Source: Camelus dromedarius
Lineage: Eukaryota
Reading direction: 5' to 3'
NCBI RefSeq assembly: GCF_036321535.1
Contig: NC_087437.1
Coordinates: 23,004,001-23,068,000 of the forward strand
DNA length: 64,000 nucleotides
Made by a program: the position numbers and the translations under genes. This document shows positions 47,966-60,384 of this stretch, piece after piece. Position 1 is the first letter of the stretch. The number at the start of each line of letters is the position of its first letter. The notes under the pieces were generated by a model. It had not been told where the DNA came from. It worked only from the letters and a program-made list of their open reading frames with translations, and ran no database searches.

Positions 47966-50004
47966 ATGATCTCTCCTTGATAAACTGGAATAAGTCATTA
48001 GAAGAGAAGGGATGGGAAGATAAATTTCAAAGGGGTAGAGAGGGAAGCTGTGGAATAAGTGTTGATGTTGACAGGGAAATTTGCTAGTTAGGTACCATTT
48101 CCATTTCTCACATAAAAGTTCCTGACTTAGGGATACAAATCACCTTTACCAGGAGCTAATCTCCACTCTTTTTCTCTTTGAGTTTGATTTTCTGGAGATA
48201 ACTAAGATAATTTATTCTCATTCCTATTGCTGGCATCTTGAGAAGTCAATTAAGAAGGTATAAAGTTTGATTTTTTTTTTTCCTGCTAGAACATCATACT
48301 AGGAGATGTGTTCTTAGAGCTTCCTCAAGTGTATATGACTTTCTTCACAGCACCAATATTGTAAATATGACATTATTATTGTTACAGTGTTGAATCATAA
48401 CCAGGTTGTGGGGATCCATAATTGTATCGTTCCTATGTGAAAGGTCATTTCGGGCAACCAGCCTTTGAATGAAGTTTTGCAAAATAATACCATATACTTG
48501 GAGAGTATTTTTGTAATATCAGTTGTTATATGCCTATTTATTTTAAAAAGGTAAATTTTGAAGCCCAATTTCAATTGTTTCATGGATGTAGCATGACCAG
48601 GTGCCTTTATTCACTAATAACTCTAGTGGAAGAATTCGGCAAAGCACTGAGAGAAACTATCTTAGATACAACAAGGCTGCATGCATGCTAATATCAACTG
48701 GATAAATTACCCCAATATATTTTATAATTTAAGAGTAGAATAATAGAATATAAACTGAAATGGTGCATGCATTAGCGTGACATGAATTATATTTTTTTAA
48801 GCTATAAAGTGTCTGTTTCTCAATTTATAGATAAATGCAGAGGTTCAGTGAGTGCTTTTCTGGCTTCCTACCCTTATGAAAACAGCCAATAATTATCTTA
48901 ATATCTCCTGAAATGATCTACAAGTAATTCAAATTGATGACGACATGAGTGGTGCCAAACAACTTGGCAGGAAGTCAGAGACTTCTTTGAACACGACCGT
49001 TTGTGCTGACCTGCTCTGTAACTAGATATAATGTGATTTGATTGACACAGCATAAGCTTAGGCATCTAGTACAAAATTGAAAAGCAGCACTCTCTCCAAG
49101 CCATCAACATGAGAAAAATATGACTCTGAACTATGTGTATTGAAAGGAATTCATTTTCTTCTAGCTATTTGCTAGTTTAACATAAGACCGTTGAGTGGAC
49201 AACTGGCCTATGTAAATGAGCTGGATATGCCCAGAGGGATCTGTGATGCTTCACTATCCAGAGGTAATAAACTGGCCAGTAGATGACAGGTAGTTGAAAG
49301 CAGAGACATCTTTTGTCCAGTGTTATTTCCGTATGGGGTAATGGCTTAGAGAAATCTACTCCTGAATTCTAAATAACACTTTTTTTCAGGATCATTAACC
49401 CCAGCTCTTTCCATTCCTAGCTTTTACTAGAGATAAAAAAATAATCCAGTTATTGACTTAAAATTATACCTAGGACATTCTTGGTCATTACATTACTTCC
49501 CTAAGTGTAAACAACAATTTTTGTCAAGGAGCAAATTGACATGGTTGTGGTAGTTGAGGACAACATGTACTTCCACTTATGATCATGGTGATATATTGTG
49601 ACCTTTCCATTTCAATATGTATCACATGGGTCAAACTGTTCTATTTGTTACACTCTTTTCATTGACTGCCACATGCTGAATTTTTTATTAGGAAAAAATG
49701 TTTTATATTTAGCTACTGAAAAAGATAATGTTAATATTAGCAGTAAATTTTGAATAGAAGCTAATTATCAATTTTATTTAATAAACAACTATTAAGTGTA
49801 GAGAAGCTATGAACCAATCCTGCAGTCAGAAATGACTTATACATAGTTTCTACAATTAAAGAATTTATAGCCCTGCCTGTCTCAGAAGTGTCAGTTATCC
49901 TTACTAAGTAAATCACTTGAATTTTTTTTTGAAATTTCAACTTTATTTATTGGTCCAGCTGTTCAAATCCAAGTTTGCTAAAAGCCATATGCATCAGACA
50001 CTAT

Positions 50005-50218
50005 GCTTTGTAGCCCAGATTCCCAGTACCTGAGTTGGCAGGCCTCAGCTCTAAACTTCTTCCTGGAATTGCCCTCAGCTGCTTCACTCAAGGATGTGTC
50101 CCTTCCCTGGTGCATCCAGCATCCAGTCACTGAAGGATGATTTATAAAAGCCCACCTCCATCACCCCAACTCAAGAGAACCTTGTAAGACCATCCCAGCT
50201 CCAGAGCTCCCTATGGAA
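50005..50218 (+). mobile_element. LTR16C-like LTR fragment
   Basis: ggaattgccctcagctg...cagcatccagtcactg...accccaactc...ccatcccagctccagagctccc. Confidence 0.7.
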
Positions 50219-51233
50219 TTTTTAAATAGCTGGCGTTGGTATGAGTTTCCTAAAATTGGAGATACAGCTAAATGAAACATGTTAGATTAAACACATTAAT
50301 TTATGTCTGTTCCTTCCTGAAATCCTATTAAAATGATACCAAAGGAATTAAAAAATATTAAAAAGCATACAAAGAAAAAAACATAAAGAATAAAAGGGAA
50401 GATTATGATTGACTAAAAAACCAATATTTTAAATGCTGGAAAGCTGATGTATGAGTGGTAAATGAATTATCAGACTACAGAAATCTCAAATCTAAGCCTG
50501 CTGATTGGAAAGTCAAGAAGAACCAAGCTAGTTTGCCCTGTGGATGCCTGGGAAGGTAAAGAGTTGGTAGTATCAGGTACCTCAAGGCACAAGATATAGG
50601 ACTGGATGGGAAAAGGAAGATCAAATGAAAGTCTTGAAAGTATCAGACCACCAGATCACCTTCCTGAGCGCACATGGTCACCCTTCTCCAGCCCATGAAG
50701 AAGACTGAGTAAAATTTTCTTATTATAGATGTTGAGTCAGACAAAGTCTGATTGGAGGAATACTGAACACACCCAGGGTGGCTGTGGTGGGGCACACTGC
50801 AACCACAGGAATTAAGTGAAAGGCTTCCTACTGGACTGTGAGATCCTTACACCATACTTTCCCTCCCTGGTTCCCAGAATGCTCTTAGCTAGATGAGTTC
50901 CCCAGTCAAAAGATTGGAAAATTGCTTTCTGGGAAACTGACTAGCCAAAGAAAAAAGTCCTATATGCTGAATTAGGGGTCCTCAATGAAACTTCTGGGTT
51001 TAATTTGATCATACTGTGATAAAGCACGACCAGCTGTCAAAATTACTCATGCCTATGGAGCTTCCAATCATCAGTTTAGTGCCTTGTTCTTAAATGTGAA
51101 GAGATAGACAAAAATCGTCTAACTTTCAAGGAAGCCTCTATAAGAGAGAGATGGAGGGAAGGAGGAGGAGGAATAAAGTCAGAAGAAAAGGAGGCAATAC
51201 AGATAACAGGCGCACACACACACACACACAGGC

Positions 51234-51586
51234 TGCTATAGACTGAGTATTTGTGCCCTCCCCCAACACATATGTTAAAACCTAATCCCCAGTGTAATAG
51301 TATGTGGAAGTGAGGACTTTGGGAGGTAATCAGCTCATGAGGGTGGAGCCCTCATGAATGGGATTAGTGCCCTTATAAAAGAACTCAGAGACGTCTTCCA
51401 CCATGTGAAGACACAGAGAGGAGACAGCCCCCTACAAACCAGAAGGAGGTCTGACCAGACATCAAATCTGCTGGTGCCTTGATCTTGGATTTTACAGGCT
51501 CCAGAACTGTGAGAAATAAATTTCTGTTGTGTATAAGCCACTCAGTCTATGGTATTTTGTCATAGCAGCCTGAATGAACTAAGACA
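51234..51586 (+). mobile_element. MLT1A0-like solo LTR
   Basis: tgctatagactga...gagggtggagccctcatgaatgggattagtgcccttataaaag...gaaataaatttctgttg...actaagaca. Confidence 0.9.
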
Positions 51587-52088
51587 CACACACACACGTT
51601 AAAATCCTAGTGGAGGTTGTATTCATAAAACAAGAACAAGGGACTATAAAGGAATCAGATAGTAAGAAAGATCTCTTACAAATTTAAAAAAAGAAAGGTA
51701 ACATAAATGAAAAGTCAAAAAGACAGACTGGAGTTAAATTCTAAAATATCTTCCAGAAAGTATAATGAAAATAATGGTGACAAATTAAAAAATGAATCCA
51801 GTAGTTATGACATTCAACCAATATGAGTTCCAGAGGAGAGAATAAAGAAAGGAGATGGAAGGAAATTATCACTATAAATGAACCTTGCCCAGATTCTTCA
51901 GTTTGAAAAGCTCATCTAGTTTCCAGCAAGAAATCTCATGTGCCCAACAAAGTATATCATCTGGATATTTCAAATGTCAAGGCCAAAGTGAACAGCCTTT
52001 AAAACTAAAAGATTCTATAAAGAAAGTTAAAAGTTATATATAAATGAACTAGAAATCACATGGCATTAAGTAGTGCTAAAACCTAGAA

Positions 52089-52275
52089 CAGGGAGTGCAA
52101 ATTATGGTCTGCTTTTGTAAATAAATTTTTCCTGGAACACAGACATTTATAAATTTTCTATGGCTGCTTAGAGCTACAATAGCAGAGTTAAGTAGTTTCA
52201 ACAAAGGTCTTACACTCTACAAAGCCAATAAATTTAATATTTGGTTTTGTATAGAAAAAAATTAGTCAACACCTG
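52089..52275. mobile_element. MER58A-like hAT MITE
   Basis: cagg...ttttgtaaataaa...tatggctgc...gcagagttaagtagtt...cctg; 8-bp TSD acctagaa/aactagaa (7/8). Confidence 0.85.
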
Positions 52276-54589
52276 AACTAGAAGACAACTGAGTAATGCC
52301 CTCAAAATTATAATTTGTTGCCCAGCCACAGTGAAAAGCAATTATGAATGTAGAATAATGGTACTTTCAGACATGTAAAAATCTTGAACATTTTACCACT
52401 CAAACACCCTTCCCAAAAAGCCACTAAAAAGAAAAGCTGAAGGGAATCCACAGAGAAATTCGTTTAAGCAAATTTTAGGGTGATATCTGTAGCTCAAGCA
52501 ATGCAGTTTGAAGTAGGTAGATGAGGGATTTAGTAGGGATAGTCTAATGAATAAATAATATTGGTAGAACTTTGGATATATATATTTAGAAGAAGTTGGA
52601 ATACTTGGGATGAATTGGTGTCAGGTATACATACATTTTAAAGCAAATGTAAAATATAAGGCAAGTATAGTTGCAGGGAAGCACAAGTTTGTACAAGAAA
52701 GAAAATGTAATAATAGCATACTTGGAAGATAAACTGTAAACTAAATGTAGCTGATCATAATAATTTGAACACTGAGTACTAATTTAATCCAAAAATGTGA
52801 TTTCACTATATATGAAGGATGGGCTGAGGGAAGAGTTTATGTATGTGTGTGTGCTTGTGTGCAAAGAATGACACATTCTTCCTCTTCCACGTAAGAATTA
52901 ACTAAGTGACAGCAGTATAGTCCTGTTATTTTAAAATATGGCTGTAGATAACCTAAGAAAAAGCTAAGAGAGATGAAAGTGGTGGCTTCTTACAAGTGAG
53001 AATCAGTAGTTGGCAAGGAGAATTGGGAGTGGGAAGACATGGTATGGAAGACGGCAGTTTTTCATTTTAAGTCTAGCATATTCTTTGTTTTGAAACTGTG
53101 AACCTCTATCACTTTCGTAAAAATGGAAGTTAAATCTTAATTTAAAAAGAGAGCTGAAGTCTAGCCTTTTACTAATTTGATCCTGTTTGAAATTCTTTAA
53201 TTATCAGTTTTCATGTACAAAATCAGATGCTCATGGATGCTGAATTTTTTTCAGGGTAAAATGTCACCGAATGAAAAAATTTCCCCATTTTTATTGCACA
53301 AAGCTATTTCATAATGAAAGAAGAGATCAGAATCACCAAAAGTTTGAAAATAGTTTGCCTTCCTAGAAACAGGTCAAATATTCAAGGGAAAAGCAGTAAA
53401 AATGTAATTCCTTTCTAGCAGTTCCAACAATCTGTAATAAAGACAGTCACTGAGAAGACTTTTAGAATGTAAAACTAACTTTGAGGCAGATGGCTTAATG
53501 CCAGAAGAAAATTAGTAATCCATAATTATAAGATATGAAGATAAATATAAAAATAATTGATACAAAAATCTGCTCATTAGGCTGAAAGATTAACCTGACC
53601 TATAATTTGGGAATTTCAGCTACATTCCTAGACAGAGGACTGAATGCACAGTAGTAATAATAACTACTGCATCTTTTATGCAGGATTAATAATACACTTC
53701 CACTGGTGATCATGATTTATAACACAATGCATATTTTATAGCAGTTCAGTCACACATTTTTCCAAAAAAATTACTGTCTCCAGTGTGCTCTTGAAACTAG
53801 AACCCAAAGTTCACTAAGGTTCTCACTAAAATTCATGGTAACATAGCAGTGTTCTTGGAAAATTAAAAATATAATTAATTTGAAATGTCAAAGAAGAATA
53901 AAATTTCTGCATAAATTTCTAGAAATATAAGAAAATTATGAGAACTATTCAATTTCCAACATTTTCTCTCCCCAAATCTCGGAGAAAGCAATTAAAATAA
54001 TAAAGAATAACATATTGTATATACGCAAAATAGTGGACAAGTATAGAATCCACAACAAACTGCAGAAAGGGAGTTATTTTGGAATTTGGTTGTTGAGATT
54101 CCTCAGACTTTTAAGAGTTACGTTCTACTGATTTTGTCTAATTTAAGATTGTTTTTGTAAAGTAGATGTGGTCTAACTGCCAATTACTATACTGAAGTTT
54201 CTGAGTAAATGACAGAAAATGATTGTTGAGCTCTTTATTCCTGGTTTTGAGCTTCTCCATACAATTCCCATTTACTCTCCTACTATAAAAAACTAGAGGG
54301 GAAGATAGGAAATTGCAATTCTGTTGCCACATCTTTCTTGCTCTTTTGTTTTAAAATTTATCCAAAATAGTTATTCAAAATAATTGTTTCTTAGGGAGAT
54401 TTTTGGAGTGAAGTTGGAAAGGAGATTTAGACAGTGAAGAGAAGAAAAGCTCAACAAATGCCCAGCACAACCCCTCCACCCCTGTGTCTGCCTGACAACC
54501 CTCTTTTCCCAGAAGTAACCAGCCCAGCATACCAGTTCTTCTAGATGCAACCAGTGTCAGTAGTACTCCACTTTGACTGGGAGGCATGA

Positions 54590-56160
54590 TGGCAGTCATA
54601 AGGTGGAGATTCATGTAAATTAATGGGCAATAGCTAATGTTTTGGTCTCATGTTTGGGAAATTAGGAGTATAATTGGAGAAGTAGTGACAAGAATTTCTG
54701 GAAGGAAAATGTAGATGAATCTCTCAAACTGAGTCCCCAAGTGCTCATCTATGTCTCCACTACAAAGGAAGTCCTTAAAAAATCAGGTGGATAGGATGTG
54801 CACACTGATTTTCAGTCACCATTTACCACTGCCATCCTAATGTCCATTCATTGAGCTCATAAAGAAAGTGGTCCTGTTGGTAGGATGAACACGGAGACCA
54901 TCCTAGGACTCAAGAGCATTTACTTCTCACCAAGGCTGACCTGGCTGTTACCACTGAGAGTCCAATTTGCAAGAGAGCAGCTACTAACCTGGGGCTTTAA
55001 TTTGATTTCATACCTCTGTGACCATCCAACCACACAGTAGAAAGTTGATTACCCTTGAAACTGATTGCAGTTTTTCCCCACTAGGATAGATACCTTTTCT
55101 GAATTTGCACTTGTTTTCTATTCACATCATGACTCTGTTTACTAGTGAAATTCCTTAAACCTTGCCCTTATTTTATTACTTCTGACCAAAGGTAAAGGTA
55201 AAGAAGTTTCACTGTAGTCATAAAACGGGAGGTTCAGTTATGATTCCATTTGACACACATTATCTTATGAAATGTGGAGTTCCCTCAACATCAGAAAATA
55301 TGGATTCAGTAATCAAGGAACATAAGTGGAGAGGGCTGATGTTTGTTTTCTGACTTTATATAGCCATTCAAGGTTTAGCTTTGTTTCCATTTGGGGAGTG
55401 TTCCCACTAGGGACCATAGCTTTGGAAGTCTGGACTACTGTGTAGTAATTTTGCCTTTGTCATGTAACTGGGAAAACTGTGAAAAACAGGGTTATGACAT
55501 TAATTGAGGTGATTGGACCTGTTTATCAAGGGGAAATAGGGTTTCTGTTGTACAACGGGGGCAGAGAGAAAAATGGTAGGAACTTGGGCAACTATTTGGG
55601 GTACCAACTTGTTTTGGTATGACTAGAAGTAACAGTTAAAGTAAGACTATTACAATCCTATATATACAAGACCACCAATCACTTAGATCTCTCAGACTAC
55701 ACGTTTGGATTACATTACAGAACAAGTAACCTCTACTAGCTGGAATACTGGCTAAAGGCCATGAGAACCTGAAATAGGTAGTAGAGGAAGGAAGTATAAA
55801 ACAGCCTCATGACCAGTAGCAGAAATAATGGTGTTAACCTTTACCATTATTTTCTTCTTTTTGTGTTATACACCCATCTTTATACTTTAAATCAATATAT
55901 ATTCTCATTTTCCTTCCATTACCCCACTATTTTATAAAGGGGGTTATATGGTAATTAAAATTTTCCATTTGGTTTCTTGGCTGCAGAATATTGAGGTGAT
56001 GTCATGAAGGAACTACATGAGGAAAAGAATGATGCCAGAAACTGTGAATTTTGATCTGGAAGAATTTTGGCTGTTTCTTTAAGGGGATAGATAATTTAGA
56101 GATATTGTTGAAAAGGTACATATGAAAATGTATGGCTATTGTATAGTCACAGAAGTAGAC
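54590..56160 (+). mobile_element. ERVL internal region (decayed RNase H / integrase and 3' end)
   Basis: Peptides WAIANVLVSCLGN*EYNWRSSDKNFW (54624), *AHKESGPVGR (54852), LTKADLAVTTESPICK (54926) and TRIDTFSEFALVF (55080) resemble ERVL pol. Confidence 0.8.
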
Positions 56161-56925
56161 TGTAGTGGAATTTGTTTTTGACTGTCAATATAGCATGATT
56201 TCCTTTTTTAAGAAAAAACAAAAACCCAGAACTCCTATTCCCTCTTGAATAATTACCTCTTCTCTGTTGAATATAGTCTTGTAGGTATGCTTTTTTTTTA
56301 AATTGAAGTATAGTCGGTTTGCAATGTGTCAATTTCTGGTGTACAGCATATTTCAGTCATACATATACATACATATATTCGTTTTCATATTCTTTTTCAT
56401 TATAGGTTACTACAAGATATTGAATATAGTTCCCTATGGTATACAGAAGAAATTTGTTTCCCTCCATTTTTATATATAGTACTTAATATTTGCAAAATAT
56501 TTGTAAATCTCAAACTCCCAATTTATCCCTTCCCACCCCCTTTCCCCTCAGTAACCATAAGATTGTTTACTATGTCTGTGAGCCTATCTGTTTTTGTAGA
56601 TGAGTTCATAACTGTCTTCATTTTTCTTTTTTTAGATTCCACATATGAGTGATATATCCTCCCTTAACCAAGGAGCAGCACATCACCCAAGATACGTGAG
56701 TCGGATGCTCTCTTAAATCTTGATCAATGAGATAAGACAACTGGCGTGTTTGGAAGTAGATTTTATCCTGGTGGCAGTGTACTGACTAGACTGTCCCTGT
56801 TTCAACCAAGCTTGTTCCCTAAACAATTCCCACCCTAGACCTCCTACCTTCAAACTGTGTTGTGAGACTCCCAATAACTTTTTTGCTTAAGTTAGCTAGA
56901 GTATTTCTGTTGCTTGCAATTACTT
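56161..56925 (+). mobile_element. ERVL-type 3' LTR interrupted by young L1
   Basis: tgtagtgg start right after the internal region; ends ttttttgcttaagttagctagagtatttctgttgcttgcaa. Confidence 0.6.
56291..56656 (-). mobile_element. Young camelid-type L1 3' end
   Basis: T9-aaattgaagtatagtcggtttgcaatgtgtcaatttctggtgtacagcat...caagatattgaatatagttccc...tacagaagaaattt...tagattccacatatgagtgata. Confidence 0.85.
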
Positions 56926-57729
56926 ATCAACATCGAGACAAAAGGTGTGGAGAGTTCAGATGAGCATATAAGATGCTGAATGGTATGTTTTGTTTAAGGA
57001 TTATGGAAAAACAATGAAATGTAAATAGCAAGAAATGAATAGGAGGCTGCAGACAGCAACTTCTCTTGCAGTGGGCAATGATATTGGACATATTAGAAGG
57101 TACAGATTACATTCAAGAAGACTATCAGGGGGCTATTTGGTTGAAAAGGCAAGTATCAATGAATGAGTTAAGGGATAGAAAATTCTGTGGAAGGTTTAAA
57201 GACAATACTGAGTTTAGGTATATGGAGACATTAAGAAGTCAATTTTGAAAGTATATTACTGGGCTATTTACATAGTCATATTAAAGTAGGTTTTCAAAAA
57301 TACCTAAAATGATTTTTTTTAAAAGGCTCTTGGGAATCTTACATTATAGTCTGTGTGAAAATCAAAAGGGCAGGTATCACAAAAGTACACTGTACCACAC
57401 AGAAGCATGGATATTATTATGATTGTTATGACTGCGATTGTTGTTATTTAAATCCAGTCATATTGATTCATGAAATTTTCTCTTTGAATCATTACAAAAA
57501 AATTTCCAGGTGAAAGATGATGCTGTCAGTCAGTCCCTGGGTATAGTAATCTAAATACATCCTTCATTATTGAGGAATTAAAAAATACAGCAATAGAAAA
57601 AACTCCATTGACTTTATGGTTTCTATGTACATGAATGAATATGGAATCTGAATGTATGCCTTTTATAACTTTTTTCTTTTAAAAATGGAAAAAATATAAT
57701 TACTTAGGAAAAATCATAAATATTATTGT

Positions 57730-57935
57730 ATGATAGAAATATCAGTGAACTTGGAATCAGAAAATTTGGAATGAAAACTTAGCTTCACACCTGTGTGAGC
57801 CCTCTCAGTCACAAGATTCTTCACTTTTATAAAGAGAATAATAATCCCTGCTCCCAGGGTTGCTACGATCATTAAATGAGACATTTTAAATGAAAATATT
57901 TGCAAAACATAAAGCAGCATAAGTAAGTGAGCAAT
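57730..57935 (+). mobile_element. MIR SINE
   Basis: ttggaatcagaaaatttgg...ttcttcacttttataaagagaataataatccctgctcccagggttgct...attaaatgaga. Confidence 0.65.
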
Positions 57936-58007
57936 TATTATTAATAATTGATAAACTTTTTAGTATATTTCAGCTTATTTTTCAGAAAATCAGCCAAAGT
58001 AATACAA

Positions 58008-58960
58008 CATTCATTCCTTCATTCAAAAACTACTTAGTTATTACTACGTGTTTGGCAGTATTTTCGGTATTAAAGAAAGCAGTAAGCAAGACAGGCAAAG
58101 TTTCTGCTCTCGTGAAGCTTCCCCTAATGGTCAGATAGAATAAACAAGCATCAAATAAGTGGGAAAAAAAGATTATTTCAGATATATGTGTGCGTTTGTG
58201 TGTGTGTGTGTGTGTGTATGTCTGTGTCTGTGTGTGGTGTTGGTCATGTAGTAAAACGAAGTGATGTGAAATAGTGTTATTGGGAGAGTTAATTTAGGTT
58301 GCGTCTTCAAGGAATGGCTATGAGAATTAAACAAGGAAGTCAATAGCAGAAGTTAAGACTTTGTCCGTGGACATATTTAAGTAGGAATATCAGGTAGGAA
58401 CATGGTGTTTGAAGGAGAGGCTTAGACCCAGATATGAATTTGAGAGTTTTCAGCATCTGGAAGTTGTCTAAAGCCATTGGAAAGCATGAAATCATCTAAT
58501 AAGGAAAATACATTACAAAAATTAGAAATGATTCCAGGTGGTGTGAGCCTTGGGGAACTCTTGTATTTAAAGATTGGGTAGAGGAGAAGAAATCATGAAA
58601 GAAAGTAAGATTGAATGGCCAGAGATGTAAGGGGAAAAAAGTCTCAAAGAGTATGGTATCATGTGTCAAGCGAGAAGAGTGTTTCTGGAAGGTATAAGTG
58701 ATCAGCTACGTAAAATACCGCTAAGAATGTGAGTAGTATGAGGAAAGAAATGTGCTCATTGACTTGGCAACATGGAGGATATTGGTGACCTCGGGAAATG
58801 CAGTTGTATGGAGTGTTAGCTGTCTGAGGAATGAATGGAAATTGAAGAAAATTGGATTAGTGGTGTTGTTTGAGAGCTCAGTTTCTCAAGGTGGCTAAGC
58901 GATGGAGCCTGGAGCAAACCATACTGAGAAATCATTAAGACCTGAGAAAGTAGGAAATGT
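58008..58960 (-). mobile_element. L2 LINE 3' region
   Basis: Starts with the antisense tail cattcattccttcattcaaaaactactt; includes gacttggcaacatggaggatattggtgacct. Confidence 0.75.
58187..58236. repeat. Interrupted (TG)n microsatellite
   Basis: Direct observation. Confidence 0.9.
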
Positions 58961-59449
58961 GAACAGAAGGCAGTGTTGTTGAAAATTTGAGGAGCACTGA
59001 AAGTGTTGTACATGTTTACATGCAGGTGAAGGACTCTCAGGAGATACAGGGGCATTATTATTAAGTTGCTACTATGTGCCTGGTATTTCCAGGTGTTGCA
59101 TTTAATTCTTATAATCCAATGAGATATATTGGAATGTCTCTAATAGTTGATGTGAAAAATGAAAGGGACACAGGCATAAAATCTAACAGACCATCCCAGT
59201 TCCCAATACTGTATAAAAATACATGCCCCTCATCCTTCTATTTGAGAAAAGCAGGAAAAAAAATCACAGGCACATGAAAAGATTCAAGAGATTCCAACAA
59301 GCATATCAATCACTGACATCAATGTTTGTATCTTCCAATAAGAAATCAGTAGAAAACTTGAGAAATTCCGTTGTTGCATAGTGGTTAGGGGCACAAGCTC
59401 TTGTTCAGATTTAAAACTCGGTCATTTGATTTACAGAGAACTCTCATGA

Positions 59450-59820
59450 GTGATTGTTTATCAGCTTCCCCAAATTCATCCCTTTTGTTCTATGACTTAG
59501 ATATTCTTCCCACTGAAGGATCAGGATTTGTTTCCTTGCTTTTTGCCATATGACTTTAAGAATTGATGGTGTGCCAGTTCCCAGCATAGGCCCTAAGAGT
59601 CTTTGCATGTTTCTGCCTGTCTCCTTGTATTTTTACCATCATCATGAAATGACCACATATGGGCTGGCCCTTTGGCCCCGGAAGAAGGAAAGACCCATGG
59701 AACAAAAGTAGAACCACCTAGATAAGCCCACTTAGATCAGCCAGCATCCATCCAAGCTCCAGACCCTTGAGCAAGCCCAGCCAAGATTAACAGTACCTTC
59801 CAAATGAGCCCAGCCAAGTC
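59450..59820 (+). mobile_element. MLT1 (G/H-like) LTR
   Basis: gatggtgtgccagttcccagcataggccctaagag...catgtttctgc...gagcaagcccagccaagat. Confidence 0.7.
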
Positions 59821-60384
59821 CAGGCTGGGTCTTTGTGATGTTACTAAAGCTTTATAAACCCCAGGTTTCTTATCTGTTAAAAATGAATAATCTAAAGATA
59901 AAAGGTATGCAAATATATGAGACACCATGATCATTTAATGGAATTATTTAATATTTCCTGAAATATATAATTTAATGAAAATATTATCAAATGATTTAAT
60001 AAAATAATATTCTCAATGAGACTGAGAAAATTGGTTGTTTTGGAGATGACAATGCAATAACAAATAAAATATTCCATAAAAGTAGTGAATAAAGTTTGGC
60101 TATTGAAAAACAACATAATTTAATCTTGTAATAGTTTTAAACGAAAGCACAACACAATCAGAGAAAAAAAAAAAAAAAGAAAAGAACATAATAAGAGAAA
60201 GCACAAAGGCTATAAATACAGATCCAGTCGATCCACAATGTATGAAACAGGAATTCCAAAAGTCAAGAACTATGATGAAGGGAGAATAGGAAAAAAAAAT
60301 GAAACACATAATAAATTAGTTGAGCTCACACACACATTTGTATCTCCAGAATTATAGGACTTATTAAGTAGTAAACACTCTTTT

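Larger units (their letters stand above)
50245..53148 (+). mobile_element. Near full-length HAL1-like (half-L1) element with nested insertions
   Basis: 5' UTR-like start, A-rich decayed ORF1-like region (51600-52420, e.g. gagttccagaggagagaataaag), then directly a 3' UTR ending in A-rich sequence; no ORF2 seen. Confidence 0.55.
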
